NCBI GenBank assembly: GCA_951406725.2
Contig: OX597814.1
Span: 30,442,001 to 30,506,000, forward strand
Direction of reading: 5' to 3'
DNA length: 64,000 bases
Source: Octopus vulgaris
Taxonomy: Eukaryota
In this document: piece after piece, positions 53,516 through 64,000 of the stretch
Layout of the letters: each line of letters begins with the position of its first letter
Position numbering within the stretch: the stretch's first letter is position 1
Program-made: the position numbers and the translations under genes
Notes under the pieces: model-generated
Told to the model about the DNA's origin: nothing
Database searches by the model: none
What the model saw: the letters and a program-made list of their open reading frames with translations, nothing else

Positions 53516-53517
<2 letters not shown>
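52828..53517 (-). mobile_element. (AAT)n-tailed non-coding element with ~110-bp internal segment duplicated at its 5' end
   Basis: Homologous to 7371-7921; 53407-53517 repeats 53175-53285. Confidence 0.85.
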
Positions 53518-53520
<3 letters not shown>

Positions 53521-53604
<84 letters not shown>

Positions 53605-53907
53605 TAGTTTTATTTTTATAGCGTGCTTTCACTTCACTACCGAGCACAGCTCTGTGTGCCTTGGGTATGTGCTGTGATTTGTTGTGATGCTCTGATGGTT
53701 ATTGTATGGAAAGTGTTCTGCGTAGGATGTGTGCAGTGCCTAGTAGTGCAATTTTCTGTATGTTATATGTGTTTGTAAGTCCTGGTGTTTTTGTTATGTA
53801 TTTGTCTGAATATTTTTTATCATGCCTAATGCAACTACTATGATAGGAATTGTTTCTGTTTTCAGATTCCACATTCTAGTTACATTCCACATTCAGATTC
53901 CACATTC

Positions 53908-53988
<81 letters not shown>

Positions 53989-55070
53989 AGAGCAACACTC
54001 CATTACAATTGACCAATGATGGGCATTTTTCCTGTAAATTTGTGAGCAATACTTCCTGTAAACTTTTGGGCAATGCTTCCAGTTGACGGCTTCTGCTTCC
54101 AGCCCTTCGTTTAATATAAATCGTAATAGTATCACTGTTGATGTAGAAGCTACCACTCATTGTTAGTATCTTCCTTGTCCTGACGTCCAAGTTGCAGCTT
54201 TCTTCAAGTGTCCTGTTTATTGTCTCAAATAGCTCTAGCACAAGTATTATTTTGATTGGATCCGAACAGCTCTGATGGCTTATCTTCCGTTTTCTATACC
54301 TAAGTATGCGTTTGTTACTCTGGCTTTATTCCGTGCTATTTGTAACATTGATGATTAGGCTATTCATGTCCATATTTTTTTGCCTGGTCGATAATCTTTC
54401 CTCGTTTCACTACCAAATATGAACATTTGTCATGACCAAACTCCATTCCTATGTCTCGTGAGAATGTTGTGGTCGGTTCTAATTGCTTCTTTGTGTCATG
54501 AATATTAAGCACAGTTTAAGGACATAAGTAAAAAAAAGTGTGGGTGAAATAATCTTTGCTTAACCATTAATATTTCTTTAACAGAGATGACTAAGGGTTC
54601 ACTGATAGGACGAAAAGCATTACAGATAAGCTGTCACCATGAAATACTCCTGTTGATAGTCTAATTCTGTGAGTGCCTACAGTGGTAGGTTCAATTCTTA
54701 ATGATGTGGACAATGTTGCTGCCAACCTTTTACTGGCATTCACTATAGCCGTTGGAACCTTAGTAACGTGTAGCACATCTATAATCCATGAGCGAGGAGC
54801 AGAGTCAAATGCGTTATTATAGTCTAATCATACAGTCAATGGGTTTTAGCAGTGCCGCTTTGCTTCCTTAAAGACAGCTTTGTTGATGAAGAGTGGTTCG
54901 GTACATCTCCAGACACCTTTCTTTCTTCCTACCCGCTTTCCAGTTACCGCAATGTGTACTTTTCAGCGATCTTGGGGAATGCATTCAAGGTGAACTGGCA
55001 GAAACCCTACCTTATCCAGATTGTCACTTAGGTATTTACTCACAAAACAAAGTGCACCAATTATTATTGG
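53521..55070 (-). pseudogene. R4/Dong-like RLE LINE fragments (3' end with (TAA)n tail; decayed RT) plus small mariner fragment at ~53990-54070
   Basis: QKIALLGTAHILRRTLSIQ*; GVFHGDSLSVMLFVLSVNP; LDVRTRKILTMSG; LQEKCPSLVNCNGVLLL (mariner-like). Confidence 0.8.
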
Positions 55071-55072
55071 TA

Positions 55073-55829
55073 TCTCTCTCTATATAAACGGCAGTTTGTC
55101 TGTGCGTGTTTCTGTGTGTCTGTTTTCTCGTACCCTCACCCTGACCACGGCTTTCAACCGATTCTGATGAAACTTGACACACACATAGCCCAATGTCATA
55201 ATTCAAAACTAACGCAGCGAAAATTTTGAAAAGTTCCCCCAGTTCTGAAAATAAATCGATAAATTCGACATGGGGTCGAGAATGAGAAACCCAAACCACA
55301 GACCGTCTAGGGGACGCAACTCCACCTGTTTTAACTCTCAAAAAAATTTACCATCATTTTTTTTCCATTTTTTTGCTATTTTTTGGCTATAACTCTCTAA
55401 AAATGCTTTATAGTTATTTCCCTTACAAACCTGAGCAACGCCGGGCGATACTGCTATCTCTCTCTATATAAACGGCAGTTTGTCTGTGCGTGTTTCTGTG
55501 TGTCTGTTTTCTCGTACCCTCACTCTGACCACGGCTTTCAACCGATTCTGATGAAACTTGACACACACATAGCCCAATGTCATAATTCAAAACTAACGCA
55601 GCGAAAATTTTGAAAAGTTCCCCCAGTTCTGAAAAAAATCGATAAATTCGACATGGGGTCGAGAATGAGAAACCCAAACCACAGACCGTCTAGGGGACGC
55701 AACTCCACCTGTTTTAACTCTCAAAAAAAATTTACCATCATTTTTTTCTATTTTTTGGCTATAACTCTCTAAAAATGCTTTATAGTTATTTCCCTTACAA
55801 ACCTGAGCAACGCCGGGCGATACTGCTAG
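55073..55829 (+). mobile_element. Head-to-tail dimer of a ~380-bp non-autonomous Helitron
   Basis: Units 55073-55456 and 55457-55829; A|TC start, CCTGAGCAACGCCGGG hairpin, CTAG|T end; junction CTGCTA|TCTCTC. Confidence 0.9.
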
Positions 55830-55939
55830 TAAATGTATAAATATGAACATATAATCTGGATATGGAAGATGTACGTATGCATGTATGTATGTATGTATGT
55901 ATGTATGTATGTATGTATGTATGTATGTATGTATGTATG

Positions 55940-56490
55940 TCAGGTCACTTTCGAGTGCTACTGGTAACATGTAACCCAGTACAACCTGTTGCATGGTCGG
56001 GTCGTCGGCGACTAAACCAGCAACCCCACCAAGCTTGTTTGGGGTGTTTATTGGACACCCTGTGGGATGAAAAACAAAACCCGTCAAAGGGCGGAGGAAC
56101 TCTTGAGAGTCAACGGCCATCCAATAAATGTCTTAAGGCTGTATCATGCGCGGGGACATAGAAATAATCGGACTGAAAATCGGACTGAATATCCGATCAC
56201 GCGGTTAAACCATTGGGAGCGAAGGACTCCTAGCCTTTGTTAGGGCATCCTTCTTGGAGAAGGTAACTCAGTTTACTGGGATAACTCCGACATAAAACCT
56301 GCGGCTCAGTGGTTACCGATGATGTTGACTTGATCTTTTTTTTTGGATTATGGCTGCTGTTGCTTAGTGAGTGGGATTGACTCAGTGCACAGCCTTTCCT
56401 CACTTAAAAAAAAATCTTCTTGCACAGGCATTGCACGATAACAAGCTTCGTGCAATGGTCATATTCTATAACGAGGGGGCAGCCACCATG
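55940..56490 (+). mobile_element. ~550-bp GC-richer insert bounded by (TATG)n, RTE-5'UTR-like
   Basis: (TATG)n on both sides; contains TAGGGCATCCTTCTTGGAGAAGGTAACTC; no credible ORF. Confidence 0.5.
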
Positions 56491-56615
56491 TATGTATGTA
56501 TGTATGTATGTATGTATGTATGTATGTATGTATGTATGTATGTATGTATGTATGTATGTATGTTTGTATGTATGTATGTTTGTATGCATGTATGTATGCA
56601 TGCATACATTCATCC

Positions 56616-56663
<48 letters not shown>

Positions 56664-56686
56664 GTTTGTCAGTCTGACTGTCTCTC

Positions 56687-56742
<56 letters not shown>

Positions 56743-57007
56743 GTATTGTATATATATGTATATGTATGTATATAATGTATATATATGCATTATGTATGTA
56801 TGTATGTATGTATGTATGTATGTATGTATGTATGTATGTATGTATGTATGTATGTATGTATGCATGCATGTATGTATGTATGTATATATGTATATATATG
56901 TATATATATATGTATATATGTGTGTATATATATATGTATATATGTATATATATATATATATGTATATATGTGTGTATATATATGTATATATGTGTGTATA
57001 TATATAT
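56490..57007. repeat. Compound (TATG)n/(TA)n microsatellite
   Basis: Directly visible. Confidence 0.97.
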
Positions 57008-57913
57008 GTTTCCTACCTAATATTTTTTAAACTCGCACACACATTTTCAACAAAAGCCCCAAGAAGATAGCTTGAGTTATTTAACCGAAAACTCACCTGC
57101 CTGAAATTATAATTCATCTGCAGGGGTCAATCTTAATCGATTTGACCGATAACGAAAAGCATTCCACCACTTTGCGATCTTTCACAATTGTTTTCAGACA
57201 CAATGCATTCCAGGTTACATTATCCAAATTATCCTTCCTTTTTTAAGACTGTAGAATGTAAACCGAGGGAGATTTGGTTGATATTTCTGATAGTGTAGGT
57301 TACTTTAGCTGGTTTGATTCAATGTTACTTCTATTGTGTGAGAAACAGTTGCTGATTAGTAATGTATCGATATATCAGATGTCGGTCATGTATCAAAATT
57401 CTGTTTAAAATAGGACTCTCTGATATATTCCTTCGTTCTTTGGTGATTGCCTTCTGTAACACACCTGAATGTATCAATGTATCAAGCATCTATGTAATAT
57501 ATATATATTATTTTATACAAATAGCATTCTATTTAGCGTAACCAGTATTTTTTGAGTGGCAGTGGGCGATTCGATTATTAAAAAATACCATAATGTGTCT
57601 AATTGGAAAAAAAAATATATAGGAAATGAAATTAAAATAAATGTTAGATTCCGGCTTCGGGGATGATTCTGTTAGACGGTTCCGACTTAACTTAAGAGCA
57701 GTTCATAAAATATGACCACCAAAGTTTTTTGCAGGTTAGTAACCTCCACCACCCGCAAAAAAAAAAAAAAAAAAGTAAGAAGGCAAATGAAAAATCCCGA
57801 AGCTTATGCTAGTGAATAGATGCAAGGGAGGTAATTTCTAACGAAATAAAAATGTCACGTTTCACTTGACGTTGAAAACCTGATAGACTAGCTCTCAGTG
57901 CAAATCATGCCAC

Positions 57914-57961
<48 letters not shown>

Positions 57962-58084
57962 TGCATGAATGTATGGAGATGAATTGTCTCACACTTCTTC
58001 TACTTTCACTACTAGAAACGACCTCTCCTCGTAGTTTAATGGTCTCCTGCTACCTCCGTCTGTATCGCTCGAATTTAATATAAT

Positions 58085-58740
58085 ATATAATGAAATTATT
58101 GTCTACAGTGCTCAGGTGCACCACAACTTGTCAGAAAGTGCATATAAAGTACATGCAGTAGTGTAGAAATGTCTGGAAAGTGAACATGCTTGTGTGTGTA
58201 TCAAGTGTAGTGTTGGCGAATCTCAGGAAGCATGGAAGTTTTGAAGGATGCAATGCTCCGACAACTAACAACCGATGCGGCAGTTTGTTCCACGCTTCAG
58301 CAACTCTCAGCGTGAAAAAATGTTTCCTGAAGTCATGGGAGCTGTGCTGTTTTCTTACTTTGTAAATATGTCCACGGGTGTTAGATGGGTGGAGTTTGAA
58401 GAGGTGATCAGAGTTATTGTTTGTGCGATGGTTGATAATTTTATGGGTGTCTGCCAAGTCAGCTGCCAGACGTCGGAGTTTCAATGTGTCCATGCCCAGG
58501 GAAGTAAGGCGTTCAGGATATGGCAAATGCCTGATGGAGGGTATTCTTTTGGTTGCACGTCACTGAACAGCTTCCAGACGATTGATGTCCTGGGCAAGAT
58601 AGGGGTTCCAGACCGGTGATGCAAACTCCAGGTGAGGTCTTACCATAGCTATATAAAGCCGCAGATAGATAGCCGGAGAGCGGCTCACAAAGGATTTGGT
58701 GAGTGATGCCAAGACACCCTCAGCCTTCTTGACAATTTTC
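58085..58740 (-). pseudogene. 5'-truncated CR1 LINE 3' end
   Basis: LYIAMVRPHLEFASPVWNP, YPERLTSLGMDTLKLRRLAADL, NTRGHIYKV, RKHFFTLRVAEAWNKLP; short 3' UTR. Confidence 0.92.
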
Positions 58741-59305
58741 TCCTATCCACGCCTATATTGTGTTTTTTCATCCACCCAAAAACTGGTTCTGACTAATGCA
58801 TCAATTCTCAGAATTTCTAAATTCTGACATACCTTCAATGCCCATGTTTTTTTTCCATGTAGCTGTTGAATTGCAGCTTTCCAAGAATATCAGCTGCATT
58901 TCTGGATGGTCTGTGAAGCACATGGACTCTGCCACTGCTTCAGGACCAAACCATCAACAGAAAAAAAAAAAAAAAAAATTCCTTGTTAATTTATTTATAA
59001 TTATAATGTGTACATTACTATGTATCAAGTCTTTGACCTCGACTGAAATCTTATTTAACTAATATTAAAAGGCCACATATGTATATGTAAGATGATTATT
59101 ATTATATTCCAGAGAGAGAATCGTTAGTTAGGCAAAATGCTTAGCGGCAATTCGTCGGTTTTATGTTCAGAGTACAAATTCCGTTCGCGGTATATAAAAT
59201 AGGTATCAGTCGATGCACTCGACTATCCTCTTCTCCCAAAATTCCAAACCTTGTGCCTATAATAAAAACGAAAAAAAAAAAAACAAACAAAAAAAAACAT
59301 CGCCC

Positions 59306-59574
59306 TTTTCAAGCCTAGCCAGACTCATGGGCCCAGTTGCCCGGTTTCTGTTTCTCCCTAGCTGCCAGTCCATCGCAGCGTTACTCAAGAAACAGGAAGA
59401 GAGAAAGTTGTGGCGAAAGAGTACAACAGGGATCGCCCCCACCCCCTGCCGGAGCCTCGTGGAGCTTTTAGGTGTTTTCACTCAATAAACACACACAACG
59501 CCCGGTCTGGGAATCGAAACCGCGATCCTCCGACCTCTAGTCCGCTTCCCTAACCACTGGGCCATTGCGCCTCC
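59306..59574 (-). mobile_element. SINE group C among decayed SINE A copies (59120-60065)
   Basis: GGAGGCGCAATGGCCCAGTGGTTAGGG head. Confidence 0.8.
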
Positions 59575-60142
59575 TGTGCTTATAACAAGATAGGATTATT
59601 ATATTCCAGAGTAAGGCCATGAGCTGGCTGAATCGTTTGCATGTCGGACAAAATGTTTAGCAGCATTTCTTTCCGGTGCTTTACGTCACAGTTCAAACCC
59701 TGCCGACGTCGACTTCGCCTTTCATCCTGTCAGAGTCGATCAAATAAGCTCCAGGGAGGGAGAAATCGATCACATCGATCCCAGTGGTCGATGTAATCGA
59801 TTTATCCCTCCCTTCAAAATTTCAGGCCTTTCGACCAAATTTGGAACATCAGTTACTATATTCCAAGGTAAGATTTGTGCGACGAACCGTTAGAATCGTT
59901 AGCATGTCGGGCAAAATTTTTAATGGCATTTCTTCTCGCCGACGTTGACTTTGCCCTCTCACCCTTTCAGGGTCGATGAAATAAGTGTCAATTGAGCCCT
60001 GGGGCCATGTTATCGTTTAGCCGTCCCCAACCAAATTTTGGGCCTTGTGCCTATAGTAGAAAGAAGTTGTAGTTACCTGTCAACTGGCTTGTTCTGAGAT
60101 AATTGTTTAATGAAGAGTCATTTTAGCCGTTTAAAACAGAAA

Positions 60143-60850
60143 AGGCGCAGGAGTGGCTGTGTGGTAAGAAGCTTGTTTTCCAACCACGTGGTTTCAGGTT
60201 CAGTCCCACTGCGTGGCATCTTGAGCAAGAGCCTTGTACTATAGCCTCAGGCCGACCAAAGCCATGTGAGTGGATTTGGTAGACGGAAACTGAAAGAAGC
60301 CCGTCGTGTATATATATATTAATAAATATAAGGGTAGCAAAAAATTCTAGAAAAAATTCTCCGCTACCAGCGGTCTAGTGAGAAAGAAAGAATAGTCAAA
60401 GACTATATAATATACATTCAACAATATAAGGAATGGCCATATTGGACATTCGACTCACTAGAAAGAGCAGCCAAACTCAAACCGCTAAATAGTTGTAATT
60501 CTGAAATAGAAAGAGAAATAAAAACGCTTACCCCTTTCGTTTTTATTTCTCTTTCTATTTCAGAATTACAACTATTTAGCGGTTTGAGTTTGGCTGCTCT
60601 TTCTAGTGAGTCGAATGTCCTATATGGCCATTCCTTATATTGTTGAATATATATATATATATATACGTGTGTGTATGTTTGTCCCCCACCATCACTTGAC
60701 AACTGATGCTGGTGTGTTTACGCCCCTGGCTTGGCGAAAGACCCGATAGAATAAGTACTACGCTTACAAAGAATAAGTCCTGTGGTTGTGTTGTTCGACT
60801 AAAGGCGGTGCTGTAGCATGTCCGCAGTCAAATGACTGAAATAAATAAAA
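60143..60850 (+). mobile_element. SINE group B with a fold-back element (arms 60417-60528 and 60538-60646) in its (TA)n
   Basis: TTCAACAATATAAGGAATGGCC...AATAAAAACG mirrored almost perfectly, ~10-bp loop. Confidence 0.9.
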
Positions 60851-61314
60851 GAAAAAAAAAAAAAAAGAATGCAGAATAACTGATTTTTGTGCATTTTGAA
60901 ATTCTCAAAACGATTCTTCCACTGTGTAATTGTTTCGTTGTCATAGTTTCACGTGTTGTCTTTTACTTGTTTCTGTCACTGGATTGCGACCATGCTGGGG
61001 CACTGCCTAAAAATCTTTAGCCGAGCAAATCGGTCCCCGTACATAATTGTACATTATTTTTAAAAGTCCGGTACCTGTTCCATCGGTGATTTTTTTTGTC
61101 GAACCGCCAAGTTACAGGGACGTAAACAAACCAACACCGGATGTCAAGTGGTGGTGGTGGTAGTGGGGCAAGCACAATCTGAAAGACACTCAGGTGCGTG
61201 CGTACAGACACACAGTTCCCGTCTACCAAATCTACTCACAAGGCATTGGTCGGTCCGGTGCAATAGTACATGTTTGCATAGCGAGTTTTTTTTTATTGCA
61301 GCCATGGCTAAGCC

Positions 61315-61727
61315 TGGCGAGCTGGCAGAACCGTTAGCACGCCGGGCGAAATGCGTAGCCGTATTTCGTCTGCCGTTACGTTCTGAGTTCAAATTCCGCC
61401 GAGGTCGACTTTGCCTTTCATCCTTTCGGGGTCGATAAATTAAGTACCAGTTACGCACTGGGGTCGATGTAATCGACTTAATACCTATGTCTGTCCTTGT
61501 TTGTCCCCTCTGTGTTTAGCCCCTTGTGGGTAATAAAGAAATACGTATTTCGTCTGCCTTTACGTTCTGAGTTCAAATTCCGCCGAGGTCAACTGTGCCT
61601 TTCATCCTTTCGGGGTCGATAAATTAAGTACCAGTTACGCACTGGGGTCGAAGTAATCGACTTAATCCGTTTGTCTGTCCTTGTTTGTCCCCTCTATGTT
61701 TAGCCCCTTGTGGGTAATAATGAAACA
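61315..61727 (+). mobile_element. SINE group A dimer
   Basis: Head plus two units joined at GAAATACGTATTTCG. Confidence 0.9.
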
Positions 61728-61920
61728 TATTTAAGAAATATCATTACAGCATTGTAGAGATATTACCTCTCTACAATTTATAAATGCAATCTAAAATGAT
61801 TTTACCTGATAACTTTCAATTTCATTTTTAAAATGAATAAATTTTATAAGGCATCAGTATTAGCTTTAAGTGTAGACTAAAAAGATGCAAAAGAGGCCTA
61901 AATGGTCGAAACAAATAACA

Positions 61921-62320
61921 TAGGCGCAGGAGTGGCTGTGTGGTAAGTATCTTGTTTACCAACCACATGGTTCCGGGTTCAGTCCCACTGCGTGGCACCT
62001 TGGGCAAGTGTCTTCTACTATAGCCTCGGGCCGACCAAAGCCTTGTGAGTGGATTTGGTAGACGGAAACTGAAGGAAGCCCGTCGTATATATGTATATAT
62101 ATGTGTGTTTGTGTGTCTGTGTTTGTCCCCCTAGCATTGCCTGACAACCGATGCTGGTGTGTTTATGTTCCCGTTACTTAGCGGTTCGGCAAAAGAGAAC
62201 GATAGAATAAGTACTGGGCTTACAAAAGAATAAGTCCCGGGGTCGAGTTGCTCGATTAAAGGCGGTGCTCCAGCATGGCCACAGTCAAATGACTGAAACA
62301 AGTAAAAGAGTAAAAAGAGA
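61921..62320 (+). mobile_element. Full-length SINE group B
   Basis: TAGGCGCAGGAGTGGCTGTGTGGTAAG to GACTGAAACAAGTAAAAGAG. Confidence 0.92.
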
Positions 62321-62576
62321 GTCCGACAGATTCTCAGTTTGGTGCATGTTAAGTTAAAACAAAAAAATTTAGTCATTTGCGTTGTTTTATGAATTTGTAA
62401 GAAATCGATCTGTCTCTCCCACTCTCCCCCCTCTCTCTACACACGCATATATACATATACACTTATGTCTTATAGGCAGTTATATGGGAATTCACTGTAG
62501 CCTGTATTGCTGTTTGCTGAAATCTGAAGTTAAAAATGTTATTGCTACCATGAAAACAGTAAATATGTGAACGTGT

Positions 62577-62805
62577 TGGCGAGCTGGCAGAAACGTTAGC
62601 ACGCCGGGCGAAATGCGTAGCCGTATTTCGTCTGCCGTTACGTTCTGGGTTCAAATTCCGCCGAGGTCGACTTTACCTTTCATCCTTTCAGGGTCGATAA
62701 ATAAAGTACCAGTTACGCACTGGGGTCGATGTAATCGACTTAATTCGTTTGTCTGTCCTTGTTTGTCCCTCTATGTTTAACCTCTTGTGGGTAATAAAGA
62801 AACAT
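62577..62805 (+). mobile_element. SINE group A copy
   Basis: Full head, central domain and tail. Confidence 0.88.
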
Positions 62806-63765
62806 ATATGAGTAAGAAGTTGTAAAGGTCTTTCACACTATATAAAAAGGGAGCAGATGTCGGTCATGTATCAAAATTCTGTTTAAAACAGGACTCTGAT
62901 ATATTCCTTCGTTCTTTGGTGATTGTCTTCTGTAAAACAATAGAATTAACGTAAACTTAAAGAACACATATCTTCACTTGATATGATCAAGAACCTGCTG
63001 AAGTCGACCTTAACTTCCATCCTTTTCGGGGTTCATTAAATAAGTACCAGTTGAACACTAAGGTCAGTCTAATCGACTTATCCCCTCCCCGAAATTGCTG
63101 GCCTTGTGCAAAAAATTTGAAACCAATATGATCTAAAACCGAAATTACGTAAATCTAAGAAAGATAATTCAGTAAAAAACAATTCGAGTTATTTCCCTTA
63201 AAACCTTAAAGATTTGTACAATATCTAAAATGTCAGTCTAATTAAGGTAAATATATTTAATAATATAAAAGAATGTTTTGAAACGTATACATGTTTAAAA
63301 TAAAATAAAATGTAATACAATGTAAACTGTTGTTATATTTCGGCATGTTGTTTTGCGCATTCTGCTTCATTAATCTCAAGGATTGGCCTCAACTTTTAAC
63401 CATCACCTATCGATAAAGTAATATACTTTTCTACTCTAGGCACAAGGGAGGGGGCCGGCATGCTAACGTTTCTGCCTATCGATAAAGTAATATTAAAACA
63501 CAGATATATCTAAATTATTCTAAGGGCTTTGCTATCTGACAACAAAAAGAATGATCTTAATTTGCATAACGTAAAAACGTGCTTGAATTTAAAGTTTGAA
63601 TATATATTTTATTTTAAAATACTATAATATATTATTTATAAATCAAAATAACAAAATCGAAATAAATAAAATGTATACAATCAGCTGAAAACCGGCTTGA
63701 TTTTATTTTTTTATGTCGTTAGGGAGATGTTCGGAGGTTTACATTTACTGCGAAGATGCTCTGCT

Positions 63766-63873
63766 TATAAATTAGCCAATGAGGAAGCGGTATTCAATCG
63801 TTTTCTAGTCGGGATTTGTAAATTCAACCCACGTTGTTGCTGGTTTTTAATCAACGGCATCAAAATGGTAAGT
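63766..63873 (+). promoter_or_regulatory. Candidate promoter and first exon ending ATG|GTAAGT
   Basis: TATAAA 63766, CCAAT 63776, CAAAATG (ATG 63865-63867) directly followed by consensus donor GTAAGT; unique, relatively CpG-rich sequence. Confidence 0.35.
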
Positions 63874-64000
63874 TTTGAAAATATATTCTGTTTTCGTTCC
63901 TTATGAGTTTTATTTTACACTTTTCTAATTTTGACGATCCAACGTTTAAGGAATATAGTATTTATTTGATCACTGTACTAACCGGCGGCAGCCAGTATAA

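Overview
AT-rich, repeat-saturated animal genomic DNA; the SINE and microsatellite repertoire suggests an octopus (coleoid cephalopod), which is my recognition and not a database result. No intact host protein-coding gene is visible, and most ORF-track entries are microsatellite or SINE artefacts. The window holds dozens of copies of three tRNA-derived SINE groups, decayed LINEs (RTE, CR1-group, R4/Dong-like RLE), Tc1/mariner remnants (including a DD37D maT), non-autonomous Helitrons (one head-to-tail dimer) and a Merlin-like MITE carrying (CCCTAA)n. The most striking signal is a set of short, mostly unrelated elements inserted into microsatellites. Several form 70-290 bp fold-backs and about ten carry minimal type-I hammerhead ribozyme motifs with palindromic stem III, consistent with Penelope-like/retrozyme-type elements; they often sit inside the internal microsatellite of one SINE family. 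Also notable: SINE arrays joined at one recurrent junction, a 97-bp target-site-like duplication, a twin-priming-like inversion in an RLE LINE, and a possible host first exon at the right edge. All coordinates were read by eye and may be off by a few bases.
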